A DNA stretch of 64,000 nt from Deltaproteobacteria bacterium (lineage in GTDB: Bacteria > Desulfobacterota > Anaeroferrophillalia > Anaeroferrophillales > Tharpellaceae), in contig JAFGVI010000124.1 of assembly GCA_016938065.1 (NCBI GenBank), positions 2,199 to 66,198 on the forward strand, read 5' to 3'. Positions 49,167 through 57,563 of this stretch are shown here, one piece after another. Under the pieces are notes generated by a model, which had not been told where the DNA came from, ran no database searches, and was given only the letters and a program-made list of their open reading frames with translations. A program made the translations under genes and the position numbers. Positions within the stretch are counted from its first letter, which is position 1. Each line of letters starts with the position of its first letter.

Positions 49167-51155
49167 ATGCAGAACAACCCCCTGGCCGCCACCATCGACA
49201 CCCTGGAGATTGCCATCTGGGAACTTGACCTGGATTTGCGCATTCTCAGCTACAACCGCAAAGCCAAAGAGATCTATGGCGATAACGTCATCGGAGATTT
49301 CTGCTTTCACGCCGCCGCCGGCCTTGACCACATCTGCCCGAATTGCCCCGCCCAAAAGGTTCTCAACGGGCAACCGAGCGGCCGTTCGCAACACTCCCGT
49401 GTGACGGCCATCGGGAAACCCATCACCATCGACCATACGGCAACCCCTCTGAAAAATGAGGACGGCAGTTTAAGGGGCATTGTCATTTCGATTGTCGACA
49501 TCTCCCACCTCAAAAACATCGAACGCGAGCTCAAAATCCATCAGCACCACCTTGAGGAGCTGGTCCTCAAACGCACCTGCGAACTCAAAGAGAGCGAGTT
49601 TAAACACCGTCTTCTTTATGAAAAAGCCAAACTTCAGGAGGAGCTCTACCATTCGATTTTACACTCATCCAGTGACGCCATCGTCGTCTACGACACGGTG
49701 GGTCAGGTTCAGTACTTCAACCCGACCTTCTCGCAGATCTTCGGCTGGAACCTGGAAGAACTTAAGGGTCGACACATCCCCTTTCTCCCCGAATCCGAAC
49801 GTGAGATCTCAATGCAGCACATCTCCGCTCTGATTAATGACGGCACCCCTTGTCAGAACTTTAGAACTAAGCGCCTGACAAAGCAGGGAGAGCTGAAAGA
49901 TATCAGTATCAGCGCTTCGCGCTATATTGACCACCGGGACCAGCCGGCCGGAATGCTGGTTATTCTCCGCGACATTACCGATCAAATCAAAGCCGAACAG
50001 GAAGCCCTCAAAGTCCGTAAACTTGAATCCGTCGGCATTCTCGCCGGTGGCATAGCACATGATTTCAACAATATTCTGACGGCAATTCTGGGCAACATCT
50101 CCTTAGCCTTAAGCCTGACCGAGGCCGATAGTAAAACCCACAAAATCCTGGCCGCCTCAGAAAAGGCCTCGCTCCGAGCCAAAGATCTGACCCAGCAGCT
50201 TCTGACCTTCGCCAAAGGCGGAGAACCGTTGAAAGAGATAACTTCGATTGAAGATATCATCAGAGATTCGGCCGGTTTTGTTCTGGCGGGCAAGAATGTC
50301 AGGTGCAACTTCAACTTCGAGCCCGGGCTCAAACCCGCCCTCATCGATCCCGGCCAGATCAGCCAGGTCATACAGAACATCATCATCAACGCCGAGCAGG
50401 CCATGCCCGCCGGAGGCGTTATCAAGATCGACTGCCGCAACCACCGCCAGGAACCCCAGGATCAGATTAACAAGCATGATCAGACCTCCCTGCTCGAAGC
50501 CGGCGACTATCTCAGAATCAGACTCAAGGATCAGGGGTGCGGCATCCCTGCGGCCATCATCGACCGAATTTTCGACCCCTATTTCACCACCAAAGCCACC
50601 GGCAGCGGCCTCGGCCTGGCCATCACCCACTCCATCATCCGCAAACACTACGGCGCGATCACAATTGACTCGAGCACAGACACAGGCACCACCATCTCCA
50701 TTTACCTGCCGGCGGCCGCCTCCATAAGCAGCCGCGAACCACTCCCGCGCCCCCGGCGGCCGGAAGCGGAAATGAGCCCGGGCAGCGTCATCATCATGGA
50801 CGACGAAGAGATCATCCGGGAAGTGGTCGAGGGCATGCTCTCCGCCGCCGGCTATAAAGTTCTCCAGGCTGAAGATGGACAAGAGGCCCTCAGGCTTTAC
50901 GAGAACGCAAACCGAAGCGACAGCCCGGTCACCCTCATCATCATGGATCTGACTATTCCCGGCGGCATGGGCGGCCAGCAAACCGCGCAAAAAATTCTGC
51001 AGATCAATCCCCAGGCCAAGATCATCGTCTCCAGCGGCTATGCCAACGACCCGATTATGGCAGATTATGCCGAATACGGCTTCTGTGCCGCTCTGGCCAA
51101 ACCCTTTCAGCTGCAGGAGCTCAAACAGACCATCGCTAAAGCCCTCTCTAGCTGA
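49167..51155 (+). CDS. PAS-PAS hybrid histidine kinase
   Basis: ATG 49167 after GGAG; LAGGIAHDFNN; FDPYFTTK; GSGLGL; REC IMDLTIPGG. Confidence 0.9.
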   Translation: MQNNPLAATIDTLEIAIWELDLDLRILSYNRKAKEIYGDNVIGDFCFHAAAGLDHICPNCPAQKVLNGQPSGRSQHSRVTAIGKPITIDHTATPLKNEDGSLRGIVISIVDISHLKNIERELKIHQHHLEELVLKRTCELKESEFKHRLLYEKAKLQEELYHSILHSSSDAIVVYDTVGQVQYFNPTFSQIFGWNLEELKGRHIPFLPESEREISMQHISALINDGTPCQNFRTKRLTKQGELKDISISASRYIDHRDQPAGMLVILRDITDQIKAEQEALKVRKLESVGILAGGIAHDFNNILTAILGNISLALSLTEADSKTHKILAASEKASLRAKDLTQQLLTFAKGGEPLKEITSIEDIIRDSAGFVLAGKNVRCNFNFEPGLKPALIDPGQISQVIQNIIINAEQAMPAGGVIKIDCRNHRQEPQDQINKHDQTSLLEAGDYLRIRLKDQGCGIPAAIIDRIFDPYFTTKATGSGLGLAITHSIIRKHYGAITIDSSTDTGTTISIYLPAAASISSREPLPRPRRPEAEMSPGSVIIMDDEEIIREVVEGMLSAAGYKVLQAEDGQEALRLYENANRSDSPVTLIIMDLTIPGGMGGQQTAQKILQINPQAKIIVSSGYANDPIMADYAEYGFCAALAKPFQLQELKQTIAKALSS

Positions 51156-51231
51156 CCCGCCCAACTGCAAGAAAGAACTCTCAGCCCCTCCAGACAAGAA
51201 AAATTCATCCTTTTTGCATACTTTTGTCTTA

Positions 51232-51259
51232 TTGCTTTCTCGAATATATCGGCTATTGT
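51232..51259 (+). promoter_or_regulatory. Putative sigma70 promoter upstream of the riboswitch
   Basis: TTGCTT-N16-TATTGT, about 20 nt before the aptamer. Confidence 0.35.
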
Positions 51260-51274
51260 CCAAGATGTATAGAA

Positions 51275-51360
51275 TGTGAAAGCCACACCCGGCGAGAGCC
51301 GGGGTCGGAACACCACGGGTCTTGCTTCGGAAATGCAAAAAGACAGCCGGGTTGCCTCCT
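51275..51360 (+). ncRNA. Cyclic di-GMP-I (GEMM) riboswitch aptamer
   Basis: P2 CCCGGC-GAGA-GCCGGG with ACA/GTC internal loop and CC/GG base; P3 ACC-A-CGG-GTCTT...AAGAC-AG-CCG-GGT; 3' GGTTGCC. Aligns by eye to Vc2 with G20=51282, A47=51309 and C92=51355. Confidence 0.82.
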
Positions 51361-51386
51361 GTTTCAAGGGTAATCCGGCTTTTTTC
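51345..51386 (+). terminator. Intrinsic terminator forming the riboswitch expression platform
   Basis: AGCCGGGTTGCC...GGTAATCCGGCT followed by a T-tract; its 5' arm is the aptamer's 3' strand. Confidence 0.8.
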
Positions 51387-51425
51387 TATGTTCAATCAAG
51401 AGGAGGGGGGGAGAAGGAGAAAAAG

Positions 51426-52121
51426 ATGAAAAAAATTGTGTTCGCAACCATCATGCTTTTCTGGCTCAATTCATTAACCTTCGCGGCCGCCATCAACTTA
51501 AGTAGCTGGACGGCCTCGGGTGATGGCACTTGGGTTCTAAGTGGCGATGCCGCCAGCGTTCTGCAAACCAAAAATGGAGAACCAACCTATTTTGTCAGCG
51601 ACACAAACTACATCAACACACTTTTCGACGGCAGTTTCGGGGTCGAAACCAGTAGCGATGATGATTTTATCGGCTTCGTCTTCGGCTATACCGGCCCGAC
51701 TGACTATATCCTCTTTGACTGGAAACAAGCTGCACAAACAACCAGCAACGGAACAGCGGCTGAAGGTTTCACCCTCTCTCAGATCACAGGAAGCGACGTT
51801 AATCTCTGGGGCCACGCCGGCGCTGATATCAGCGTTCTCGACACGCTCTACGGTTCGGATAAGGGCTGGGCCGACAACACAGTCTACGACTTCACTCTCG
51901 ATTACAGCACTACCGGAATAACCATCAAAATTGACGGAGGTACAATCTTCGACATTAGCGGAAGCTTTGGTGACGGCAAGTTCGGATTTTACAACTACTC
52001 GCAGGAGAAAGTCAGATACGCGGCATTTGACGAAACCACAACGGTCCCCATCCCCGGAGCCGTCTGGCTGTTCGGCAGTGGCCTGCTCGGACTTTTCGGC
52101 CTGCGCCGCAAGAAAAGATAG
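51426..52121 (+). CDS. Exported PEP-CTERM/VPLPA-CTERM protein with thrombospondin C-terminal-like domain
   Basis: ATG 51426 after AAGGAG; signal peptide; DDDFIGFVFGY motif; tail VPIPGAVWLFGSGLLGLFGLRRKKR. Confidence 0.88.
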   Translation: MKKIVFATIMLFWLNSLTFAAAINLSSWTASGDGTWVLSGDAASVLQTKNGEPTYFVSDTNYINTLFDGSFGVETSSDDDFIGFVFGYTGPTDYILFDWKQAAQTTSNGTAAEGFTLSQITGSDVNLWGHAGADISVLDTLYGSDKGWADNTVYDFTLDYSTTGITIKIDGGTIFDISGSFGDGKFGFYNYSQEKVRYAAFDETTTVPIPGAVWLFGSGLLGLFGLRRKKR

Positions 52122-52123
52122 CT

Positions 52124-52231
52124 GATTGTCCGAACACCGGTTGCCCGGTGCCGCGGCCTGCGGCCCTGGCGCTTTTAATCTCGGGTTTACTGGGATTGCG
52201 GGAATGGAGAACCGCCGCAGAAAGTAAAAAC
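52124..52231 (+). pseudogene. Orphan second PEP-CTERM-like sorting tail (gene remnant)
   Basis: The -1 frame reads DCPNTGCPVPRPAALALLISGLLGLREWR; no RBS or passenger domain. Confidence 0.5.
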
Positions 52232-52287
52232 CAGAATAACTATTCAGCTCTGGTTTTACCCCTCTCCGGGTCATGGCGTCTCTTGCA

Positions 52288-52323
52288 AAAGAAGGGAACC
52301 GGTTTAAATCGGTTCCCTTCTTT
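52288..52323 (+). terminator. Intrinsic terminator
   Basis: AAAGAAGGGAACCG-GTTTAAAT-CGGTTCCCTTCTTT inverted repeat. Confidence 0.75.
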
Positions 52324-52551
52324 CATTTCGGCGCCCTTTTTCAGAAGGCGCAAGCAGGGAAAAAAGAATAGGAACCAAGCCATAACTTCCTTGATTTTTC
52401 CGGCCCATTATGCAATCGTGCAAAAACACTTTTGCTCGGGGCCGGGAAAGTCTCCAAGTCAACTTTTCTTCTGACATCTTCGACTTTTACCTTCGATTTT
52501 TTTCCGGGCCTTCATCTTCAAAACCATGAGCTTTAAGGCCAAGCCTCTCTT

Positions 52552-53862
52552 TTGAATTTCCTCTTCTATTTTTTCATCCTCAGCTCATTTCTGGTCGCGG
52601 GCTGGCGCCAGCTGACCTGGCTGCCGATAGCCGGCGGACAGGAGCCGATGGCAGCCCTGACCGCAACCATCATCAGTACCGCCGGCGATGCGGTGCAGCT
52701 GGCTATCGGCCTGATCGGGGTTATGGCCCTTTTTCTCGGCCTCATGCAAGTAGCCGAAGAGGGGGGACTGTTAAAACTTGCGGCTCGCGGCATCCGCCCC
52801 CTGCTCATTCGCCTTTTCCCCGAAGTGCCGGCCGAGCATCCGGCTATGGGAGCGATGGTGATGAACCTGGCGGCCAATCTTTTAGGCCTCGGTAACGCCG
52901 CCACCCCGTTCGGCATCAAGGCGATGCAGGAACTTGACACCTTGAATCCAACCCCGGGCACCGCCACCAATGCGATGGCGCTGTTTCTGGCGATCAACAC
53001 CTCAAGCGTCACCCTGCTGCCGACCGGCGTCATCGCTTTAAGGGCCGCCGCCGGCTCAAGCAACGCCGCCGGCATCCTCCCGACCACCCTCTGCGCCACC
53101 ATTTTTTCGACGGCGACCGCAATCTTCTGTGCCAAATTGCTGGCCCGCTGGAGCGACCGGAAAACCCTGCAGAAAGCCGCAAAGCCCTATAAAGACCCGG
53201 GCAAACCCTGCTCTCATACTTCAAACAGCGCCCCCGCAGCGGCAATCTTAAGCACCCCTTCCCGACTCTCCAAGTGGAAACCGGCGGCCGGGCTGGGAAT
53301 CTTCATGGCTTTAATTGCCCTGATGGTGATCTACGGTAAAAACATCTCCGGCTGGATCGTCCCCGGCCTGATGCTCTCCCTGCTGACCTTCGGCATCATC
53401 CGCCGGGTACCGGTTTATGAAGCGTTTGTCAGCGGCGCCAAAGAGGGTTTTCAGGTGGCGATCAAGATCATCCCCTATCTCGTCGCCATCATGGTTGCCG
53501 TCGGCATGCTCCGCGGCAGCGGCGTCATGGAGATCGTCACAAACAGCATCGGCCCCTATACTGCGGCCCTGGGTCTGCCGGCCGAGGCCCTGCCGATGGC
53601 GCTTTTACGACCTTTGTCGGGTTCCGGAGCTTACGGCATTCTCGCGGCGACCATCAACAATCCCGCCATCGGTCCCGACAGCTACACCGGTTATCTGGTC
53701 TCGACCCTGCAGGGCTCAACCGAAACCACTTTTTATGTCATGGCGGTCTACTTCGGCGCCATCCAGATCAAAAAAGTGCGCCACACCCTGGCTGCCGCCC
53801 TCCTCGCCGACCTCGCCGGAATCATCGGCGCCATCATCGCCTGCAAACTGTTTTTAAATTGA
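52552..53862 (+). CDS. SpmA/SpmB fusion membrane protein (nucleoside-recognition Gate domains)
   Basis: ANLLGLGNAATPFGIKAM and INTSSVTLLP (SpmA); LRPLSGSGA and GSTETTFYV-x2-VYFG (SpmB); TTG start. Confidence 0.88.
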   Translation: MNFLFYFFILSSFLVAGWRQLTWLPIAGGQEPMAALTATIISTAGDAVQLAIGLIGVMALFLGLMQVAEEGGLLKLAARGIRPLLIRLFPEVPAEHPAMGAMVMNLAANLLGLGNAATPFGIKAMQELDTLNPTPGTATNAMALFLAINTSSVTLLPTGVIALRAAAGSSNAAGILPTTLCATIFSTATAIFCAKLLARWSDRKTLQKAAKPYKDPGKPCSHTSNSAPAAAILSTPSRLSKWKPAAGLGIFMALIALMVIYGKNISGWIVPGLMLSLLTFGIIRRVPVYEAFVSGAKEGFQVAIKIIPYLVAIMVAVGMLRGSGVMEIVTNSIGPYTAALGLPAEALPMALLRPLSGSGAYGILAATINNPAIGPDSYTGYLVSTLQGSTETTFYVMAVYFGAIQIKKVRHTLAAALLADLAGIIGAIIACKLFLN

Positions 53863-53916
53863 AAAAGCAGCCTGCCCCCTTTTTTTACGCCAGGAAACAA
53901 GAAAAACGACATTTAT

Positions 53917-55161
53917 TCATATCATAACCCCGACAATACAACCGGTCAGCAAAGTTGCCAGAGTGCCGGATAAAATTGATTTAAAACCAAGCGATAAAAT
54001 TTCCCGAGTGCGCTCAGGAGCAATGGTTTTCAAGCCACCAATCATAATGCCCAGGCTCCCGAAATTTGCAAAACCACACAGGCAATACGTCATAATAATT
54101 CGACTTCGTTCCGAAAGTACTTCAGGCGCCAGCGCCGCCAGCCTCTGATAGGCAATCAGTTCATTCAGAATGGTCTTTATTCCCATGAGTTGCCCGGCCG
54201 CAGTTGCCTCTCTCCAGGGTATACCGGTAAGCCAGACAACCGGAGCCATACCCCATCCCAGAAACCGCTCAAGACTCATAGGCGTGCCCCCAGGGCCCGG
54301 AACCAAACCGACAACCATATTGACAAGCGCGACCAGGGCAACCAGAACGATCAGCATTGCCACAACATTGATGAGTAAACTGATGCCGGACTCGACCCCC
54401 TTAACCAGAGCATCCATGGTACTTTCGGCAGTTTGAAGAAATTCAACTTTTTCATCCCGGCTGCCGGGTTCACCCGGCACCATAACCACGGCAAAAAGGA
54501 TTGCGGACGGGGCACTGATAATCGATGCCGTCAGGATATGTCCCAAGGCTTCGGGAACGGTTTTGCTCAAAATAAAAGCATAAAGCATCAGGACAGTTCC
54601 GGCTATAGTAGCCATCCCCGCTGTCATCGTTACAAACATATCCTGCCGGGAGAACTTTTCAACATAGGGACGGACAAGCAGGGGCGCCTCCACCATGCCA
54701 ACAAAAATATTTGCCGCCACCCCCAGGCCCACAGCGCCACTGATCCCGGTCGTTTTTTTGATCAGAAAAGAAAAACCTTTCACCGTCAGCGGTAAAATTC
54801 GCCAATGGTACAAAAGTGATGAGAGCACACTCACCACCAGAATAATCGGCAGGGCTTGAAACGCCAGAATGAAGTTATGCTCCGGATTTGCCACCACAAA
54901 AGGGGCAGCCCCGCCACCGGCAAAACCGAACACCATTGAAGTCCCGGCCTGAGTTGCTCTCTGCACACAATCGGTTACCGCGTTTAAGCCCTGAAACAAA
55001 GCCTGAGCTCGAGGTGATTTCAGTAGAATAAATGCAATTATGAGCTGCAATGCCAATGCACCAGCGACGATTCGCCACTGAAATTTCCTGCGGTTTTCAC
55101 TGAAAGCCCAGGCAATCACAATCAAAACCACGATACCGAGCCCGCTCTGAAGGTGTAGCAT
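53917..55161 (-). CDS. nupC: Concentrative nucleoside transporter (NupC/CNT)
   Basis: ANIFVGMVEAP, GMATIAG, NELIAY and CGFANFGS; ATG 55161 with GAGGTG RBS (alternative GTG 55173). Confidence 0.92.
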   Translation of the reverse strand: MLHLQSGLGIVVLIVIAWAFSENRRKFQWRIVAGALALQLIIAFILLKSPRAQALFQGLNAVTDCVQRATQAGTSMVFGFAGGGAAPFVVANPEHNFILAFQALPIILVVSVLSSLLYHWRILPLTVKGFSFLIKKTTGISGAVGLGVAANIFVGMVEAPLLVRPYVEKFSRQDMFVTMTAGMATIAGTVLMLYAFILSKTVPEALGHILTASIISAPSAILFAVVMVPGEPGSRDEKVEFLQTAESTMDALVKGVESGISLLINVVAMLIVLVALVALVNMVVGLVPGPGGTPMSLERFLGWGMAPVVWLTGIPWREATAAGQLMGIKTILNELIAYQRLAALAPEVLSERSRIIMTYCLCGFANFGSLGIMIGGLKTIAPERTREILSLGFKSILSGTLATLLTGCIVGVMI

Positions 55162-55195
55162 AAAAGATGTCACCTCATCTGCAATAAAAATAATA

Positions 55196-55228
55196 CAAAT
55201 AATGTCCGCTTATATGTCCGCTTTGCCA
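55196..55228. promoter_or_regulatory. 33-bp element, copy 1 (tandem ATGTCCGCT-N3-ATGTCCGCT)
   Basis: CAAATAATGTCCGCTTATATGTCCGCTTTGCCA; 31/33 identical to 57531-57563. The repeat is certain, the function inferred. Confidence 0.65.
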
Positions 55229-55326
55229 CAGCATGCTATCGTTTTTTTGTGGATATCAAAGCCGATATGATATAGTGCATATTTGACATTGAAGCCTCCT
55301 TAATAAAACAATTAAAAGGAAAACCC

Positions 55327-55614
55327 ATGCCTGACTGGTTCTGGACCTGTATGCTTTACGTTTTTGCCGCTCATTTTCTGGTTTTTACCGGGCTCGCCGT
55401 AAAACGTAAACGCCTCGCCTCGGCGCTGGCGGCAGGCGCTTTTTTACTGCTTTTTCTGGCCATCGGTCTGCGTCTCTGGCAGCCGGAAAGCTCTCTTTTT
55501 GGCATCAGAACCTACTGGTATCTGAGAATCCCCGCCTGGATATTGGCCGTGGCCGGCATTTCGCTGAGCTGGCGCCAACGCCGGAGGAAAAGTTCCACAA
55601 CCGCAACCGATTAA
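55327..55614 (+). CDS. Small membrane protein (about 3 TM), unknown function
   Basis: AAAGGA RBS; hydrophobic segments; upstream extended -10-like TGATATAGT. Confidence 0.7.
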   Translation: MPDWFWTCMLYVFAAHFLVFTGLAVKRKRLASALAAGAFLLLFLAIGLRLWQPESSLFGIRTYWYLRIPAWILAVAGISLSWRQRRRKSSTTATD

Positions 55615-57326
55615 TCAGTGTCGCCGATTTTCGGAGTTTGCCCCTTAAACCCTTCAATAATTATTCTACCGTCAACTACTGGCCTCACAGGTGTTTTTTT
55701 CTCAATATACCGCGCCAGAACATCAGCCGCCAGAACGGTTGTGTCCTCTTTTTTCAGCCCGTTAAAAATATAGTGCCCGTCACCTGCGCCCGCCAGCCAT
55801 GAGTTAACATAAACAGTATAAACCGCCTCCGGCACCAGCGCCTGCCAACGACCGTTGTGCAAAGTCTCAACTTTGACAATTCGATGACCGGGATTGATTA
55901 TCTCTTCAACCTCCCGTCCTTTATAACGGGCGCAAAAAGGAGGCTGAGAAGGATCAATCACAACTTTAAGAGCGCGGCTCAGCTGTAAAAAACCACCGGC
56001 ATCGGCCTGTTCGCTAGCGGGACAGGCCGCGCCCTCAAACAACAAAGCTGAAGCACTGACCTCAAGCACAGCCAGCAACTGGCTGCCCGTCATTGCAACC
56101 CGCACAATGGTATCGCCAAAGGGAAGCATATTCAGGACATCCTTATGGGAAAGCTTACCGGCAGGATAGAGCCGATCGCCACGAATCGAACCGCCATTAA
56201 AGAGCCCAAGAACAAGATCACTATTCTTCTGCGTAAACCAGTTCACCACGGAATCGGCAATGAGATTGCCAAGATTGCTCTCCGATTGACGGACGACAAT
56301 TTTGCGACTGTCAAGGGCAACCAGGGTTTCACCAATGGGATCACCCAGGAGTAAATCGAGCTTTTCCGCATAACCATCAACATAATTTTTGACCGCTGCA
56401 ACCGAAGCCACCTTTTCATTAAGTGCGACCAGTTCCCACTGCGGGTTTTGCAGAGTATCTGAAAACGAGAATCTAAGCACTCCGACCCTGCTCCCTCCGG
56501 CCCCGGCCTGCACTATAACACAAGGCTTGCCTTCAGGATTGGCAACACTTTCAAACAGGCATTCATGACTGTGACCGCCGACGATCAGATCAATACCGGC
56601 AACCTGGGCCGCGAGCTGCCGGTCCAGAACTGAACCGCAATGACTCAAAGCGATCACCAGCCGCGCCCCTTGACCACGCAAAAGCTTAACCATTGCCGTG
56701 GCAACCCTCTCCAGATCAGGATCAACCGTAACTTCATCACCAACATTCGAGACGACCTGCAAAGCCGGGGTCATCAGACCAAAAAGTCCGACTTTGATAC
56801 CGGCAACATTCTTAAAAACATAAGGTTTGACAATTTTCGCCAGAGGCGAATCACCATAATCAACATTTGCCGTGAGCAGATCAAATCTGGCTTTCGCAGC
56901 AGCCTCAGCGTAAACCGAAAGCCCTTGATCAAATTCATGATTACCCGGAGCCACGACGTCATAGCCGGCCATATTCATCGAAATAATTTCCGGGGTTCCG
57001 GCAAAGATCGAATAAAAAGTTCCCATCAGATCGTCTCCGGTCGAAACCAGCAAAGCCCCATCGACTTGCGAACGAATCTGCAGGGCCAGGGCGGCTATCC
57101 GATCCATGCCGCCAACAGTTTGCGCCGTTGCCGCTCCACCTTCATCCTTACTGATCTCTCTACCGCAGATAGAACTCTGGAGATCTGCTGTCGTAATAAT
57201 TGCCAGATGCTTAGTCAATCCGGCCCCCACCTGCGCCTGACCAGCCGAGTCTCCGGCATAAATGACGGCAGGCAGCAGACAGACAAAAATCAGCACCGAA
57301 AACATAAAAAAACAACGCTTAATCAT
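55611..57326 (-). CDS. Exported 5'-nucleotidase / UDP-sugar hydrolase family (UshA-like)
   Basis: Signal peptide; TGD, PGNHEFD, LSH and GGHSH; C-terminal domain ESNLGNLIADS, NGGSIR and LPFGD. Confidence 0.9.
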   Translation of the reverse strand: MIKRCFFMFSVLIFVCLLPAVIYAGDSAGQAQVGAGLTKHLAIITTADLQSSICGREISKDEGGAATAQTVGGMDRIAALALQIRSQVDGALLVSTGDDLMGTFYSIFAGTPEIISMNMAGYDVVAPGNHEFDQGLSVYAEAAAKARFDLLTANVDYGDSPLAKIVKPYVFKNVAGIKVGLFGLMTPALQVVSNVGDEVTVDPDLERVATAMVKLLRGQGARLVIALSHCGSVLDRQLAAQVAGIDLIVGGHSHECLFESVANPEGKPCVIVQAGAGGSRVGVLRFSFSDTLQNPQWELVALNEKVASVAAVKNYVDGYAEKLDLLLGDPIGETLVALDSRKIVVRQSESNLGNLIADSVVNWFTQKNSDLVLGLFNGGSIRGDRLYPAGKLSHKDVLNMLPFGDTIVRVAMTGSQLLAVLEVSASALLFEGAACPASEQADAGGFLQLSRALKVVIDPSQPPFCARYKGREVEEIINPGHRIVKVETLHNGRWQALVPEAVYTVYVNSWLAGAGDGHYIFNGLKKEDTTVLAADVLARYIEKKTPVRPVVDGRIIIEGFKGQTPKIGDTD

Positions 57327-57530
57327 ATCATAATCCTCACAATAAGCCGGTCGGCAAGGTTGGCTAGATCATTGAGGGGCTCACGAAAATGAAAATCTGT
57401 TGCAAGCCGCAGCGGTTCCATTAAAGCGACCGACTCATCCCGATCTTGAGGAACCGCATCACCCCTTGAAATGTCCTGTTTATTTAAAGTCATAACCATT
57501 TAATAACAACAACGTATAAGATACGCAATG

Positions 57531-57563
57531 CAAATAATGTCCGCTCACATGTCCGCTTTGCCA
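57531..57563. promoter_or_regulatory. 33-bp element, copy 2
   Basis: CAAATAATGTCCGCTCACATGTCCGCTTTGCCA; same orientation as copy 1. Confidence 0.65.

Noticed and set aside
51275-51360. 3',3'-cGAMP (GEMM-Ib) riboswitch interpretation
   Set aside because: The position equivalent to Vc2 nucleotide 20 is G rather than A, and the local GGDEF lacks the Hypr Ser; it needs binding data to exclude fully.
51276-51425. 50-aa N-terminal extension of the PEP-CTERM ORF
   Set aside because: It runs through the riboswitch and terminator; the RBS and signal peptide point to ATG 51426.
52148-52474. 108-aa ORF as an intact gene
   Set aside because: It has no RBS and runs through a terminator; only the first ~25 residues look meaningful (reported as a remnant tail).
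45255-53862. Sporulation capability implied by SPL-like and SpmAB-like genes
   Set aside because: Both families occur in non-sporulating bacteria, and no other sporulation genes are in the window.
55196-55228. sigma54 promoter suggested by TGGCA on the minus strand (also TGGCA at about 995 and 37093)
   Set aside because: There is no GC at the -12 position 10 nt after the GG.
57330-57480. Cobalamin riboswitch upstream of the nucleotidase
   Set aside because: Only scattered similarity; the GGGAA, GCCACTG and B12-box elements are missing.
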